A stretch of 32,525 nucleotides of DNA, taken from the IMG/VR virus record IMGVR_UViG_3300036715_002134, positions 1 through 32,525 of that record. One strand, 5' to 3'. The stretch is from a virus. Lineage: Duplodnaviria > Caudoviricetes. A program made the position numbers and the translations under genes. Below the pieces are notes generated by a model that had not been told where the DNA came from, ran no database searches, and saw only the letters and a program-made list of their open reading frames with translations. Below are positions 17,562 to 25,776 of this stretch, piece after piece; the stretch's first letter is position 1, and each line of letters opens with the position of its first letter.

Positions 17562-18058
17562 TACAGCACCCTAATGATTGAATACTTATTGAGTGCAGTA
17601 CCCGCATAAGTCGCAGTGACAGTGTACTGAAAAGTTACCCCGGTAGAGCCCGCCGAAGTTGCGTTTGCAGCAGTGTCGTAGCACCTAATACGCGCACCAG
17701 TCAGGTTTCCGTTCCCGTCATATGACTGATTGTCTACAACTGAGTTCTCGTAAGACAAACCAAGAGTGCGTAAAATGTTTTGCCTGAATGCGTCTACTTC
17801 CATCGTTTCGGCAGAAATTTGATACGGTGCCAGACTAGTACGACCGGCATCCGTAAAGAATTTACCTACTACTTGATAGGTTCCTGCATTGGCAGGAGTC
17901 CAACTTCCAACATAAACTCCGTCACCTACATGTGACAAAGTAATGGTTGTCACAACTCCAGAATTGTTATAGATAATGGCACTACCGTACAACCCGGCGT
18001 TATTGTCGCCAGCTTGTACAGCAATAGTTGCGGCAATACCGGGTTGTCCCCAAATCAT
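17561..18058 (-). CDS. Virion structural protein with an Ig-like beta domain
   Basis: GDGVYVGSWTP..AGTY pattern; T/G/A rich; coupled to neighbours. Confidence 0.6.
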   Translation of the reverse strand: MIWGQPGIAATIAVQAGDNNAGLYGSAIIYNNSGVVTTITLSHVGDGVYVGSWTPANAGTYQVVGKFFTDAGRTSLAPYQISAETMEVDAFRQNILRTLGLSYENSVVDNQSYDGNGNLTGARIRCYDTAANATSAGSTGVTFQYTVTATYAGTALNKYSIIRVL

Positions 18059-18061
18059 ATT

Positions 18062-19498
18062 TTACTCGAAGTAGTGGTCGAAAGTGACGATGTAAGTCAC
18101 AACGCCAGTGGTTGTTACAGTACCGATATTCTTACTCACAAGCTGGACATATTCGCCGGGGTTGACGACAATCGGGTTTGCTAGCGTTAGATGGATGCCG
18201 TTTGCGTTGCCCATCACACCCACAGCGGCGTTTGCGACAAGGCCACTGTCGACTCCCACGGGTACGCGGCGAGGAGCCTTAGTCGTCGAGGCCTCAGCTG
18301 TAGCAAGAGAAAGCGCGTTGTGGCCGTAAGCAATGGAGTAAACGTTAATTACTGGTCCACCAACCAACACAGTAGTTACAATCGAATAAACGTGTACCCC
18401 AGAAATAATTAGAGTACGAGGACGCTGCGAGACCGAACCAATTGGGTTAAGGAAGCTGCAAATGATACCGTCAGTGTTGGCGGTAAGAGTTGGAAGCGAA
18501 CTAAATTGACCACCGAGACCTGTACCCAAAGCGGCGGTCGTGTTAGTCATTGCCGCGCCAGCCGTAGGAGCTAGCGAGTTAGTGAAAAGGGCGTTCGTGC
18601 CCATTGTGCTACCGGCTAGACCTTGGTAAGCAAGGCCCTGATTGGTCATCTGGAGGTTCCAAGGCTTGGCAGTTTGCCAGTCGCCCAGTGAAACCATTAG
18701 CGCACCAATCTTAAGCTGGCAAATCGCGCCAGCAGCAGAAGGTTGAGTGAGACGTGCAGACCAAGGCAACCCACCAAAAATAGTAGGGAGAGGGTTGGAG
18801 GTTCCCGTTGCCAGAGTGCCAATGTAAGCGTCGTTTACGTAAAAATCAGTACCAGTGTCACCGACTTCAAGAGCTAGCTTATAGATGCGGTTAGGATTTA
18901 CCGAACTGGCAGGGTATGTGTAGGCAGTAGTGATTTCAGTGCCGTTGTAGTTGATTACACCAAAAATACCCGTGCTATTAATGCGGAAGAAAACGCCGTC
19001 AGTAGGAGCGTACGGAGCCGCTGTTCCGGCTTGGAAAACACCCACTTCTGCCTGCCAGTTACTTGGCACTACAGCACTTAGCTCAATGCTAGTCTCGACG
19101 TACAGCAGTGAGGCAATATCCACGTTAAAGGTGCGGTAGGTCTGGACCACGGCTTGACCGGCCGTAGTAATAGAACTCGAGTTCAGGCTTAAGAAACCGC
19201 CAGCCCAACCAGCGGTCAAGGTAGACGAACGATAAAGGTATCGGCCCGTATCCTGAGCGGCATAGTTGAAAATATCGTTAAAAAGAATCGTGTCAATGCC
19301 GGCACGGAGACGATAGTCATGAGAAATCTCGGGAGACTTGTTGTAGGGGGTGCCTACCAGACTTCCTGAGTCGTTCTCGTACATTGCTACTGTGTAGCCA
19401 GCAGTGTCGAGCGCCTTGCCGAGTGTGATTTTAAGTTGGTTGGCAGCATCGACTTCCGCGAAGTTGCCAGATGTGTTGCCTTGAATTCTAATTCCCAT
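18062..19498 (-). CDS. Virion structural protein with a possible lectin/jelly-roll domain
   Basis: T/G/A/S-rich beta protein; DGVFFR and TDFYVNDAYIGT resemble ConA/LamG-like strands; GAGG SD. Confidence 0.6.
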   Translation of the reverse strand: MGIRIQGNTSGNFAEVDAANQLKITLGKALDTAGYTVAMYENDSGSLVGTPYNKSPEISHDYRLRAGIDTILFNDIFNYAAQDTGRYLYRSSTLTAGWAGGFLSLNSSSITTAGQAVVQTYRTFNVDIASLLYVETSIELSAVVPSNWQAEVGVFQAGTAAPYAPTDGVFFRINSTGIFGVINYNGTEITTAYTYPASSVNPNRIYKLALEVGDTGTDFYVNDAYIGTLATGTSNPLPTIFGGLPWSARLTQPSAAGAICQLKIGALMVSLGDWQTAKPWNLQMTNQGLAYQGLAGSTMGTNALFTNSLAPTAGAAMTNTTAALGTGLGGQFSSLPTLTANTDGIICSFLNPIGSVSQRPRTLIISGVHVYSIVTTVLVGGPVINVYSIAYGHNALSLATAEASTTKAPRRVPVGVDSGLVANAAVGVMGNANGIHLTLANPIVVNPGEYVQLVSKNIGTVTTTGVVTYIVTFDHYFE

Positions 19499-19513
19499 TT
19501 GTGTATATTCCTC

Positions 19514-19846
19514 TTAAAACCAGAGCCAAGCTACGTTAAAAGTGCCGTTTAAGCGAAAGTTAGTGTGAGCCACAATACTAAACCCAACACCGGCAGTAGG
19601 TTGGGTTGGCATAACCGTAATTTCAGCGACCAAATGGTCATCGGCAGTATTAGTCGCAGTAGATGCGTTTACAATCCAGCACTGTACAGTAGAAGTGCTT
19701 AAAATACTGGACTGTCCAGTAATAGCTAAGGTAGCTTCTGAACTACCACCACTAGTTGCGCCGAAATCAATAAGTCCCGTACCTCCGGTAACGGTAGTGC
19801 CGCCGCCGCCTCCACCAGTAGAAACCCCAGCGCTAATAAAACTCAT
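19514..19846 (-). CDS. Small virion structural protein
   Basis: Gly run followed by a beta domain ending GTFNVAWLWF; TAATCT 10 nt upstream. Confidence 0.65.
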   Translation of the reverse strand: MSFISAGVSTGGGGGGTTVTGGTGLIDFGATSGGSSEATLAITGQSSILSTSTVQCWIVNASTATNTADDHLVAEITVMPTQPTAGVGFSIVAHTNFRLNGTFNVAWLWF

Positions 19847-19856
19847 TCAGACAGTC

Positions 19857-19862
19857 AGATTA
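19857..19862 (-). promoter_or_regulatory. TAATCT motif 10 nt before ATG
   Basis: TAATCT-GACTGTCTGA-ATG; the TAA is the upstream stop. Confidence 0.5.
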
Positions 19863-21224
19863 CGATTGAGTGTAGTAAATAAGGCCGGATAGCTGAGAGG
19901 TGTTGCTGCCACTTGTCAAGATGACAAAGTCCTCATTTGTCCCCGTAACAAACCAAGGTTCTGAAGACAAATCGAACACCAAAGCGCCAGTTTGACCTAC
20001 GCTCATAAATGGCGTATAATCCGAATAAGTTCCAGAAGGACCGTGTTGAAACTTGAAGGTTGTGGCTGCCGAACTTGTGAAGAAAATTCTGTGAATTCTA
20101 ATTGTTTTGCCTGCGACGGCAGCGATAATTGAAGTGCTACCATTAGCTGGGGCGGCATTTACTTGAGCGGTAAGAAGAGTGGCTACTGTTGGGGTAGCGT
20201 AAGAGATAGGCTGAGTGACCCCTGAACCGTCCGTCTTCAAAGGGGTCATGCTCACTGCACCCTGTACCGTTAGAACATCAGTAGAAGGGGTGCCTGCCGT
20301 GCCAAGCGAAGGCTGCTTAGCGGCAGTTGCAGCACCAGTCGGTAAGGGAAGAGTTGATGCTGAAATTGCAGTCGTGCCATCAATTACTGCATGAAGGTTA
20401 GTTCCTGTCGCTTGCGTTACCGTCACAGTGCCGGAAACAGGCTGAGTCACGCCTGAACCATCTACCCTAAGAGCGCCTGCTGTAGTAAGAGAAAGAGCGT
20501 TAGCGGTTGCTGTAGTGTAAGTGGGAGCAGAGGTCGTTACCGACCCCATCGTCAAGGACCCGACAGTAGGTGCGGCTGCTGCGATTGTGCCTTCCGATGC
20601 TGTTTGTGCGCGTAGGTTAGCCGCAGTTGACTGAACTACTGTAGCGTTAAGGTTGGCGGCAGTGGCCTGACTGACTGTAACGGCAGAGGCGGAAGCATCT
20701 ACTCGCAGTGCCCCACCAACAGTCAGCGAAAGTGGGCTCGTTTGTCCGGTCGTGTAAGTGGGGGCGGCTGTTGCTACAGCACCTTGGATTAAAATACCGG
20801 ACTGCCCAGAAGTCGTTGACGCTTGCGCTAAAGGCAGCTTGGCGAGGCTTGTTTCAGTGGCTGCTCCAGTAGGAAGAGGTAGAGAAGCGGCCGAAATTGC
20901 TACAGTATTATCTACAGTTGTGTGTAGGTTAGTTCCAGTAGCCTGAGTTACGGTTAACGTGCCAGAAACAGGCTGTGTAACAGCGGAACCATCTACCTTT
21001 AATGCTCCTGCGGCAGAAATAGTAGCAAGGTTCGTGCCGGCCGAATCGACCAGTTTGGTTTTTTGGGTACCCCCAGTGAGAGTGGCATCCAAAGCCAGCC
21101 CGTTAGTGGTACCAATATTAGCGGTAATTCCACCACTAATGGAAACGGGCTGTGTTGTCGTACCTACAGGGTCAACCCTGACCGGATTTGACAGCACGCC
21201 AAGCTGTGGGTATGCAATAATCAC
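19860..21224 (-). CDS. Repeat-rich fibre or decoration protein
   Basis: Repeats GAL(K/R)VDGS.VTQPVSGT.TVTQATGTNLH, LPLPTGAAT and APTYTT...LSLT; C-terminal globular beta domain; TAATCT-7nt-GTG. Confidence 0.7.
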   Translation of the reverse strand: MIIAYPQLGVLSNPVRVDPVGTTTQPVSISGGITANIGTTNGLALDATLTGGTQKTKLVDSAGTNLATISAAGALKVDGSAVTQPVSGTLTVTQATGTNLHTTVDNTVAISAASLPLPTGAATETSLAKLPLAQASTTSGQSGILIQGAVATAAPTYTTGQTSPLSLTVGGALRVDASASAVTVSQATAANLNATVVQSTAANLRAQTASEGTIAAAAPTVGSLTMGSVTTSAPTYTTATANALSLTTAGALRVDGSGVTQPVSGTVTVTQATGTNLHAVIDGTTAISASTLPLPTGAATAAKQPSLGTAGTPSTDVLTVQGAVSMTPLKTDGSGVTQPISYATPTVATLLTAQVNAAPANGSTSIIAAVAGKTIRIHRIFFTSSAATTFKFQHGPSGTYSDYTPFMSVGQTGALVFDLSSEPWFVTGTNEDFVILTSGSNTSQLSGLIYYTQS

Positions 21225-21231
21225 AACTTGA

Positions 21232-21237
21232 AGATTA
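21232..21237 (-). promoter_or_regulatory. TAATCT putative late promoter, 7 nt before GTG
   Basis: TAATCT-TCAAGTT-GTG within a 37-nt divergent intergenic gap. Confidence 0.7.
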
Positions 21238-21244
21238 TCGGGTA

Positions 21245-21253
21245 TGGTATAGT
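21245..21253 (+). promoter_or_regulatory. Extended -10 promoter (TGnTATAGT)
   Basis: TGG-TATAGT, 8 nt before ATG 21262; no SD. Confidence 0.55.
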
Positions 21254-21261
21254 GCCAGCTA

Positions 21262-21567
21262 ATGAAACGATTTACTGACGAGCAGCTAGGTAAAGTGGCA
21301 GAAACCCTACACGAAGTCGTGACTGACGTACAGGTAAAATTGAGGTGGGGCTCTCAACAGCGCGATATTTTGCATCAAGCACTTAAGGCCGGGGAAAAAG
21401 TGGGCGGCTATAGGGCGATTTGGCTTAGGGACGTACAAAAAGCAATGGCTAAAGTGCTCGGTGAACACATCGACGAATTTAATAAAAAATACCCGCACGA
21501 TAGAATTAGTCAAGATGATGTGACTGACGCCACTTTTTCCTTCTATAGCGCCTCCAAAAAGCCTTGA
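21262..21567 (+). CDS. Hypothetical protein
   Basis: First ORF of a + strand block, with a promoter upstream. Confidence 0.7.
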   Translation: MKRFTDEQLGKVAETLHEVVTDVQVKLRWGSQQRDILHQALKAGEKVGGYRAIWLRDVQKAMAKVLGEHIDEFNKKYPHDRISQDDVTDATFSFYSASKKP

Positions 21568-21592
21568 CGTTACACCTAAGCCACTATACAAT
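21564..21592 (+). promoter_or_regulatory. Sigma70-like promoter for phoH
   Basis: TTGACG-17 nt-TACAAT; ATG 8 nt downstream; no SD. Confidence 0.75.
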
Positions 21593-21600
21593 CACCTCAC

Positions 21601-22824
21601 ATGCGAACATTCGTCCTTGACACCAACGTTCTTCTCCATGACCCTCGTTCAATCTTTTCTTTTGGTACCAATAAGGTAGTGGTGCCTATTTATGTCATCG
21701 AGGAACTTGACCAGTTTAAGAAAGACATGAGTGAACTCGGGCGAAATGCCCGTGAAGTTGCCAGAATTATTGACGATTTGCGTGAAAAGGGGGATATTGC
21801 GAAGGGCGTAAAGCTACCCAATAAGGGTACGTTCGTAGTTCTTGCTGCCAAAAAGAATATTCCCACCGGAATGGCTAACGCGAATCTGATGGACAACAAG
21901 ATTCTTTCTGTTGCCGTTGAGCAGAAGGGTCAAGTGACATTTGTCACCAAGGACGTTAACCTTCGTATCCGAAGTGACGCACTGAGTCTTAAGTCGGAAG
22001 ACTACGAGCCTTCTAAGGTTGACGTTTCCGACCTACCGACCGGTCTAACCATCATGAAGGAACTTGACGACAATCTCGACTCTGTCCAACTGAACGAGTT
22101 CGTTCTTGGCCCTGACGGTCGCCACATTCGCCAGCGCAAGACAAACGGATTCATGACGGTCAATCTCAAGGAGACTTGGGGCATTTCGTCACGTAACGTC
22201 GAACAGGCCTGCCTGCTAGACCTCTTGACTAACGATAGTATCCCTTTGGTTGCAGTGGTCGGCAAGGCCGGTACAGGTAAGACCCTCCTTTCCATTGCAG
22301 CAGGTCTTACCAAGGTAACCGAAGAGCAGAAGTATTCGAGACTTTTGGTTTCGCGACCCGTTGTCCCAATGGGCAAAGATATCGGGTACTTGCCGGGTAC
22401 TCTCGAAGAGAAGCTTGGACCTTGGATGCAGCCTATTGCAGACAACGTCGATTTTCTGCTCAATTCAAAGGCGAACAAGCGAAATACCAAGAATTACCAA
22501 ACCTTGGTAGACCTTGGGCTGATTGAACTCGGGGCCCTTACCTATATTCGTGGCCGCTCTATTCCCAATCAATTTATGCTCATTGACGAGGCGCAGAACC
22601 TCACTCCCCATGAGCTTAAGACGATTATTACACGAGCCGGCGAAGGCACCAAAATTGTTCTAACCGGTGACCCCTACCAAATCGACAACCCATACATTGA
22701 CTCTACCAATAATGGTCTGGTATACGTAGTGAATAAGTTTCGTGGCCACCCTTTGTTTGGCCACATCACCCTTACTAAGGGCGAGAGGTCGCCTCTTGCT
22801 GAAGCAGCGAGTAACTTGCTGTGA
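21601..22824 (+). CDS. phoH: PIN-domain plus PhoH ATPase fusion (PhoH2/YlaK type)
   Basis: FVLDTNVLLHDP, VIEELD, DNKIL, VTKDVNLRI (PIN); GKAGTGKT, IGYLPG, YIRGRS, IDEAQN, GDPYQID (PhoH). Confidence 0.95.
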   Translation: MRTFVLDTNVLLHDPRSIFSFGTNKVVVPIYVIEELDQFKKDMSELGRNAREVARIIDDLREKGDIAKGVKLPNKGTFVVLAAKKNIPTGMANANLMDNKILSVAVEQKGQVTFVTKDVNLRIRSDALSLKSEDYEPSKVDVSDLPTGLTIMKELDDNLDSVQLNEFVLGPDGRHIRQRKTNGFMTVNLKETWGISSRNVEQACLLDLLTNDSIPLVAVVGKAGTGKTLLSIAAGLTKVTEEQKYSRLLVSRPVVPMGKDIGYLPGTLEEKLGPWMQPIADNVDFLLNSKANKRNTKNYQTLVDLGLIELGALTYIRGRSIPNQFMLIDEAQNLTPHELKTIITRAGEGTKIVLTGDPYQIDNPYIDSTNNGLVYVVNKFRGHPLFGHITLTKGERSPLAEAASNLL

Positions 22825-22939
22825 AATTTACAGCGAACTTTATTCTTGTTACATTTGATGAAAATTCGACGGGTGGAAGCCCTCTCAAGGGTAACGATTG
22901 ACTGTCAAGAGTGTCGAGCCAAAGCCCGCAAATATAAGC

Positions 22940-23764
22940 TCAAAAAGCCTGCAAAGCATTCTCGATAAGCTGGGGGGCAATAGTAGAGAACCACTGCTCA
23001 ATAGCCCACTGGGCAGCTTCCTCAAAGAAATTGCGGGCTTGCAGGCCAGGATGCACCCACCGGCCGGTTCCCTTGTGCTTGGAACTCGCGACACGAAAAG
23101 TCATAATACTGCGCTTAACACCCGAACTACCGTCTTTCTTCTTAATATCGTTCTGGTAAATTCGGATTCCCTGTAAGTAAGGAATTCCGGTAGGCCCTTG
23201 GCGAACTTGCCCAAGCGGACCCTTACCCATGCCCGGGCCTTCTACATTTTTAATTGGTAGCTTCATAATGTCCAAAGAGTGTAGAAGGCCGGTCTTGGGA
23301 TTGCCAGCAGGGTCAGTTTCGATTTTGCCGTAAGGGATTTTGCGCTTAGATAGCTCTTTCTTAACAGTTGCAGTCAAGTCGTTTTGAGCAGGGGTCTGCT
23401 GGGTAGGGCCCTTTTTGTGTTCGAACGGAACTACTAAATACTTTGAGCCATCCTTTGCCGTTTTCGCCTTAGGAGAACTTAGAAGGTCATCTAGCATTTC
23501 GTGCTCGTCCATCCCAGCCTCTATCCACATCGCCTTCTGGTCGAGGGTAATAATCCACGTATCTTTGGAAACCTCTGATACCTTTAGGTGTTCTAGGTAT
23601 TTGTCTCGTGTAGAGTGAAGTTTTTCCTGTACTTGTTCGGTAATATGGGCGTGTGTCTGGACTGCTAGGTCACGAGCAGCCGCTTGTAGTGCTTTTTCTA
23701 CTTGTGGACGTAGAGCATCCTTCATGGTAAGAAGAGGCGATACATCGAAGTTGAGGTGAATCAT
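22940..23764 (-). CDS. Virion morphogenesis or neck protein (HK97 gp10/tail-completion-like)
   Basis: C-terminal WVHPGLQARNFFEEA pattern and N-terminal helices; TAATG coupling. Confidence 0.55.
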   Translation of the reverse strand: MIHLNFDVSPLLTMKDALRPQVEKALQAAARDLAVQTHAHITEQVQEKLHSTRDKYLEHLKVSEVSKDTWIITLDQKAMWIEAGMDEHEMLDDLLSSPKAKTAKDGSKYLVVPFEHKKGPTQQTPAQNDLTATVKKELSKRKIPYGKIETDPAGNPKTGLLHSLDIMKLPIKNVEGPGMGKGPLGQVRQGPTGIPYLQGIRIYQNDIKKKDGSSGVKRSIMTFRVASSKHKGTGRWVHPGLQARNFFEEAAQWAIEQWFSTIAPQLIENALQAF

Positions 23765-24978
23765 TACTTTCCGCCAGCGTTACGACTGGAGATTGGAGAA
23801 CCAGACTGAGACATTACCATGCCCGCTCGCACAGAGCGCCACTTTGTCTTGCCTTCTTCCTCGACCTTAATTTTTCCTGCGTCATGGGTTCCACTTGCTG
23901 AAGAATCCTTTACAGCACCTACGGGGAGAATCACGTTATGACGACCAGTCTTGCCAGCCTCCAAAGCAGCTTTATCCAACTCTTTTTCCACTGGGGGGGC
24001 TTCGTTGGCGCTTGCTTCGCTCTCCTCTTTGTGTTTGTTGTGTGCTGCCCAAGCAATTTTGAAGGCAGTCTCTACACCGTGCTTAGCCTTGAGTTCTTTC
24101 ATGACCTCTTCGCTGAAACCCGGAGGAGCTTCCTTGTATAGATTTTCCGACTTTTGAATATTGTCTGTTTTTTGGCCTTCTTGACCGAAAATTTGACGAG
24201 CACCCTGAATCAGGACCTTGACTAGACCGTTAATCGAGGCGTAAAGGTCAGGGTCCTGCTGCTGTAGTGCCTCAAGTTCTTGTGAGCGCTCCTTGAGAGT
24301 CGACAAAATCTTAATGGTCTGCTGACGAAGGTCGCCCTTGTTCTGACTCGCCTTGTCAGAGGCTTCTTTTTGGTCTTTTTCTTGCTGGTCCTGCTGACCT
24401 TGTTGGTCTGCCATTTGAGCGAAGATAGAATGAGGGTCACTGGCGGCCGGAGCTAGGCTTTCAGCCTGATTGTTGGCCATTTGAGCGGCTGGTGGGGCCT
24501 CTTCGGGGCCGGGTTCAGCTTGCTGTTCGGTAGGCGGCACTGCGCCACCTCCCTGCAAGGGGGTTGCATCTGGCTGAGCCTTGGCAATAAATGACTCCTC
24601 CTTAGTAGAAAGGATATCTTGCACTTCGGGGCCGTATAAAAGAATCTTATCGCCACCGATTTGTTGACTTGCTTTAAGGGCTTGGTCTGCCTCAGAAATT
24701 CGAGTACCAATCCCAATCGAGCAAGGCCCACCTACCGCCCCCTCAAAACGCTCCTTGATGGCCGGTAAGTCCTCTAGGCGCTCCGCTGGAATGCGCACCC
24801 TGCCCTCGTCACCCACAGCATTTACGACCTCGCCACCGCTCGCTGAGGCCCATTGGCGCCAAATCTCCCTCGCACCGTCTAAAGCCTGATACTGCTTGCG
24901 AATATCTTCAGCCGTGTCATTGTACTGGGGGTCAATCGGCAGGCGGTCGATTTTGTAAGAAACATAGGTCCAAATCAT
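23764..24978 (-). CDS. Late protein with an N-terminal degenerate mCpol/GGDEF-like domain and Q/A/P-rich linkers; start reassigned to ATG 24978
   Basis: GGEVVNAVGDE, CSIGIG.RISEADQAL..S...GGDKI; TAATCT-7nt-ATG at 24978. Confidence 0.7.
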   Translation of the reverse strand: MIWTYVSYKIDRLPIDPQYNDTAEDIRKQYQALDGAREIWRQWASASGGEVVNAVGDEGRVRIPAERLEDLPAIKERFEGAVGGPCSIGIGTRISEADQALKASQQIGGDKILLYGPEVQDILSTKEESFIAKAQPDATPLQGGGAVPPTEQQAEPGPEEAPPAAQMANNQAESLAPAASDPHSIFAQMADQQGQQDQQEKDQKEASDKASQNKGDLRQQTIKILSTLKERSQELEALQQQDPDLYASINGLVKVLIQGARQIFGQEGQKTDNIQKSENLYKEAPPGFSEEVMKELKAKHGVETAFKIAWAAHNKHKEESEASANEAPPVEKELDKAALEAGKTGRHNVILPVGAVKDSSASGTHDAGKIKVEEEGKTKWRSVRAGMVMSQSGSPISSRNAGGK

Positions 24979-24985
24979 GTTTTTA

Positions 24986-24991
24986 AGATTA
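24986..24991 (-). promoter_or_regulatory. TAATCT putative late promoter, 7 nt before ATG
   Basis: TAATCT-TAAAAAC-ATG; 4 nt away from a divergent TTGACA. Confidence 0.7.
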
Positions 24992-24995
24992 CACC

Positions 24996-25025
24996 TTGAC
25001 AATCTATAGCGGATTAATGTACTAT
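24996..25025 (+). promoter_or_regulatory. Sigma70-like early promoter
   Basis: TTGACA-18 nt-TACTAT; ATG at 25033. Confidence 0.7.
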
Positions 25026-25093
25026 TCGGATAATGAAGACTACCCCTGCTGTCCACACTACCACTTATCCTGTCGTGGGTCGAGCGAGACCAA

Positions 25094-25285
25094 GTGTACG
25101 CCGCTCACGAAGCTATTGCCAAGCTGAGCGGAAACGTGTATGATGCCGTCTTCCTTGACCACGACCTGAATGACGTGGACGGCAGTGGCTCTTACGACAA
25201 CGAAGGAAACGAGACCGCTGGGGTTTCGAGTGGTGGAAGAGAGTTACACACCCAATCGGGCAGCCGGTTGGTTCACTTGGCTTAA
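25094..25285 (+). pseudogene. Fragment of a cyclic-phosphate-processing receiver (LDHDL) domain gene
   Basis: VYAAHEAIAKL....YDAVFLDHDL; lacks the N-terminal hhhLDD strand; the promoter-proximal ATG 25033 is out of frame. Confidence 0.55.
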
Positions 25286-25294
25286 GGAGAATCT

Positions 25295-25540
25295 ATGACT
25301 GAATTTGACGAGTTGTGTTTCGATGTTTCTAGACTTGAGAGCGATTTGGGCGATACAACGCAAGACGTGCGCGACCTCGAATTTAGGGTTTGCTCACTTG
25401 AAAGTGCCGATGCCGCCTTTAGGTTCGACGCCGAGCTTGAGACTCGAATCGAGGCCCAAGAGCGTGAAATCGAGGCCCTCAATAAGACCGTTAGCGAGCT
25501 TCTTAACAGAATTGCTACGCTGGAAAGCTGGCGTAAGTGA
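25295..25540 (+). CDS. Coiled-coil hypothetical protein
   Basis: AAGGAG SD; heptad repeats. Confidence 0.75.
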   Translation: MTEFDELCFDVSRLESDLGDTTQDVRDLEFRVCSLESADAAFRFDAELETRIEAQEREIEALNKTVSELLNRIATLESWRK

Positions 25541-25776
25541 ACCAATCGCACTTTAAAATTGTTTCATACCAGTACGGGGGCTTTGATGGCAAAAACGAGG
25601 CCCTCGTTACCATTGACCGGGATTCAAACCTGATTTCGGTCAGACCCAAAAACCGACACCGCACCTACGAAATGCGCCTTGAAGATGTAGCAAGAATCAT
25701 TCTTTACAACGTGACCAAGGCCGAAATCCGCGAAAAGAAGAAGCTCAAGAAAATCCGCCGAAAGGGAATCTTATGA
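25537..25776 (+). CDS. Basic hypothetical protein
   Basis: GTGA coupling upstream and ATGA coupling downstream. Confidence 0.7.
   Translation: MNQSHFKIVSYQYGGFDGKNEALVTIDRDSNLISVRPKNRHRTYEMRLEDVARIILYNVTKAEIREKKKLKKIRRKGIL

Noticed and set aside
21601-22824. PIN-PhoH as a toxin-antitoxin module with the upstream 101-aa ORF
   Set aside because: phoH has its own promoter, the upstream ORF shows no antitoxin features, and PhoH is a common phage gene
24979-25056. N-terminal extension of ORF 23764..25056 given in the ORF track
   Set aside because: It runs across the TAATCT motif and the divergent promoter; ATG 24978 fits the 7-nt rule and the domain start
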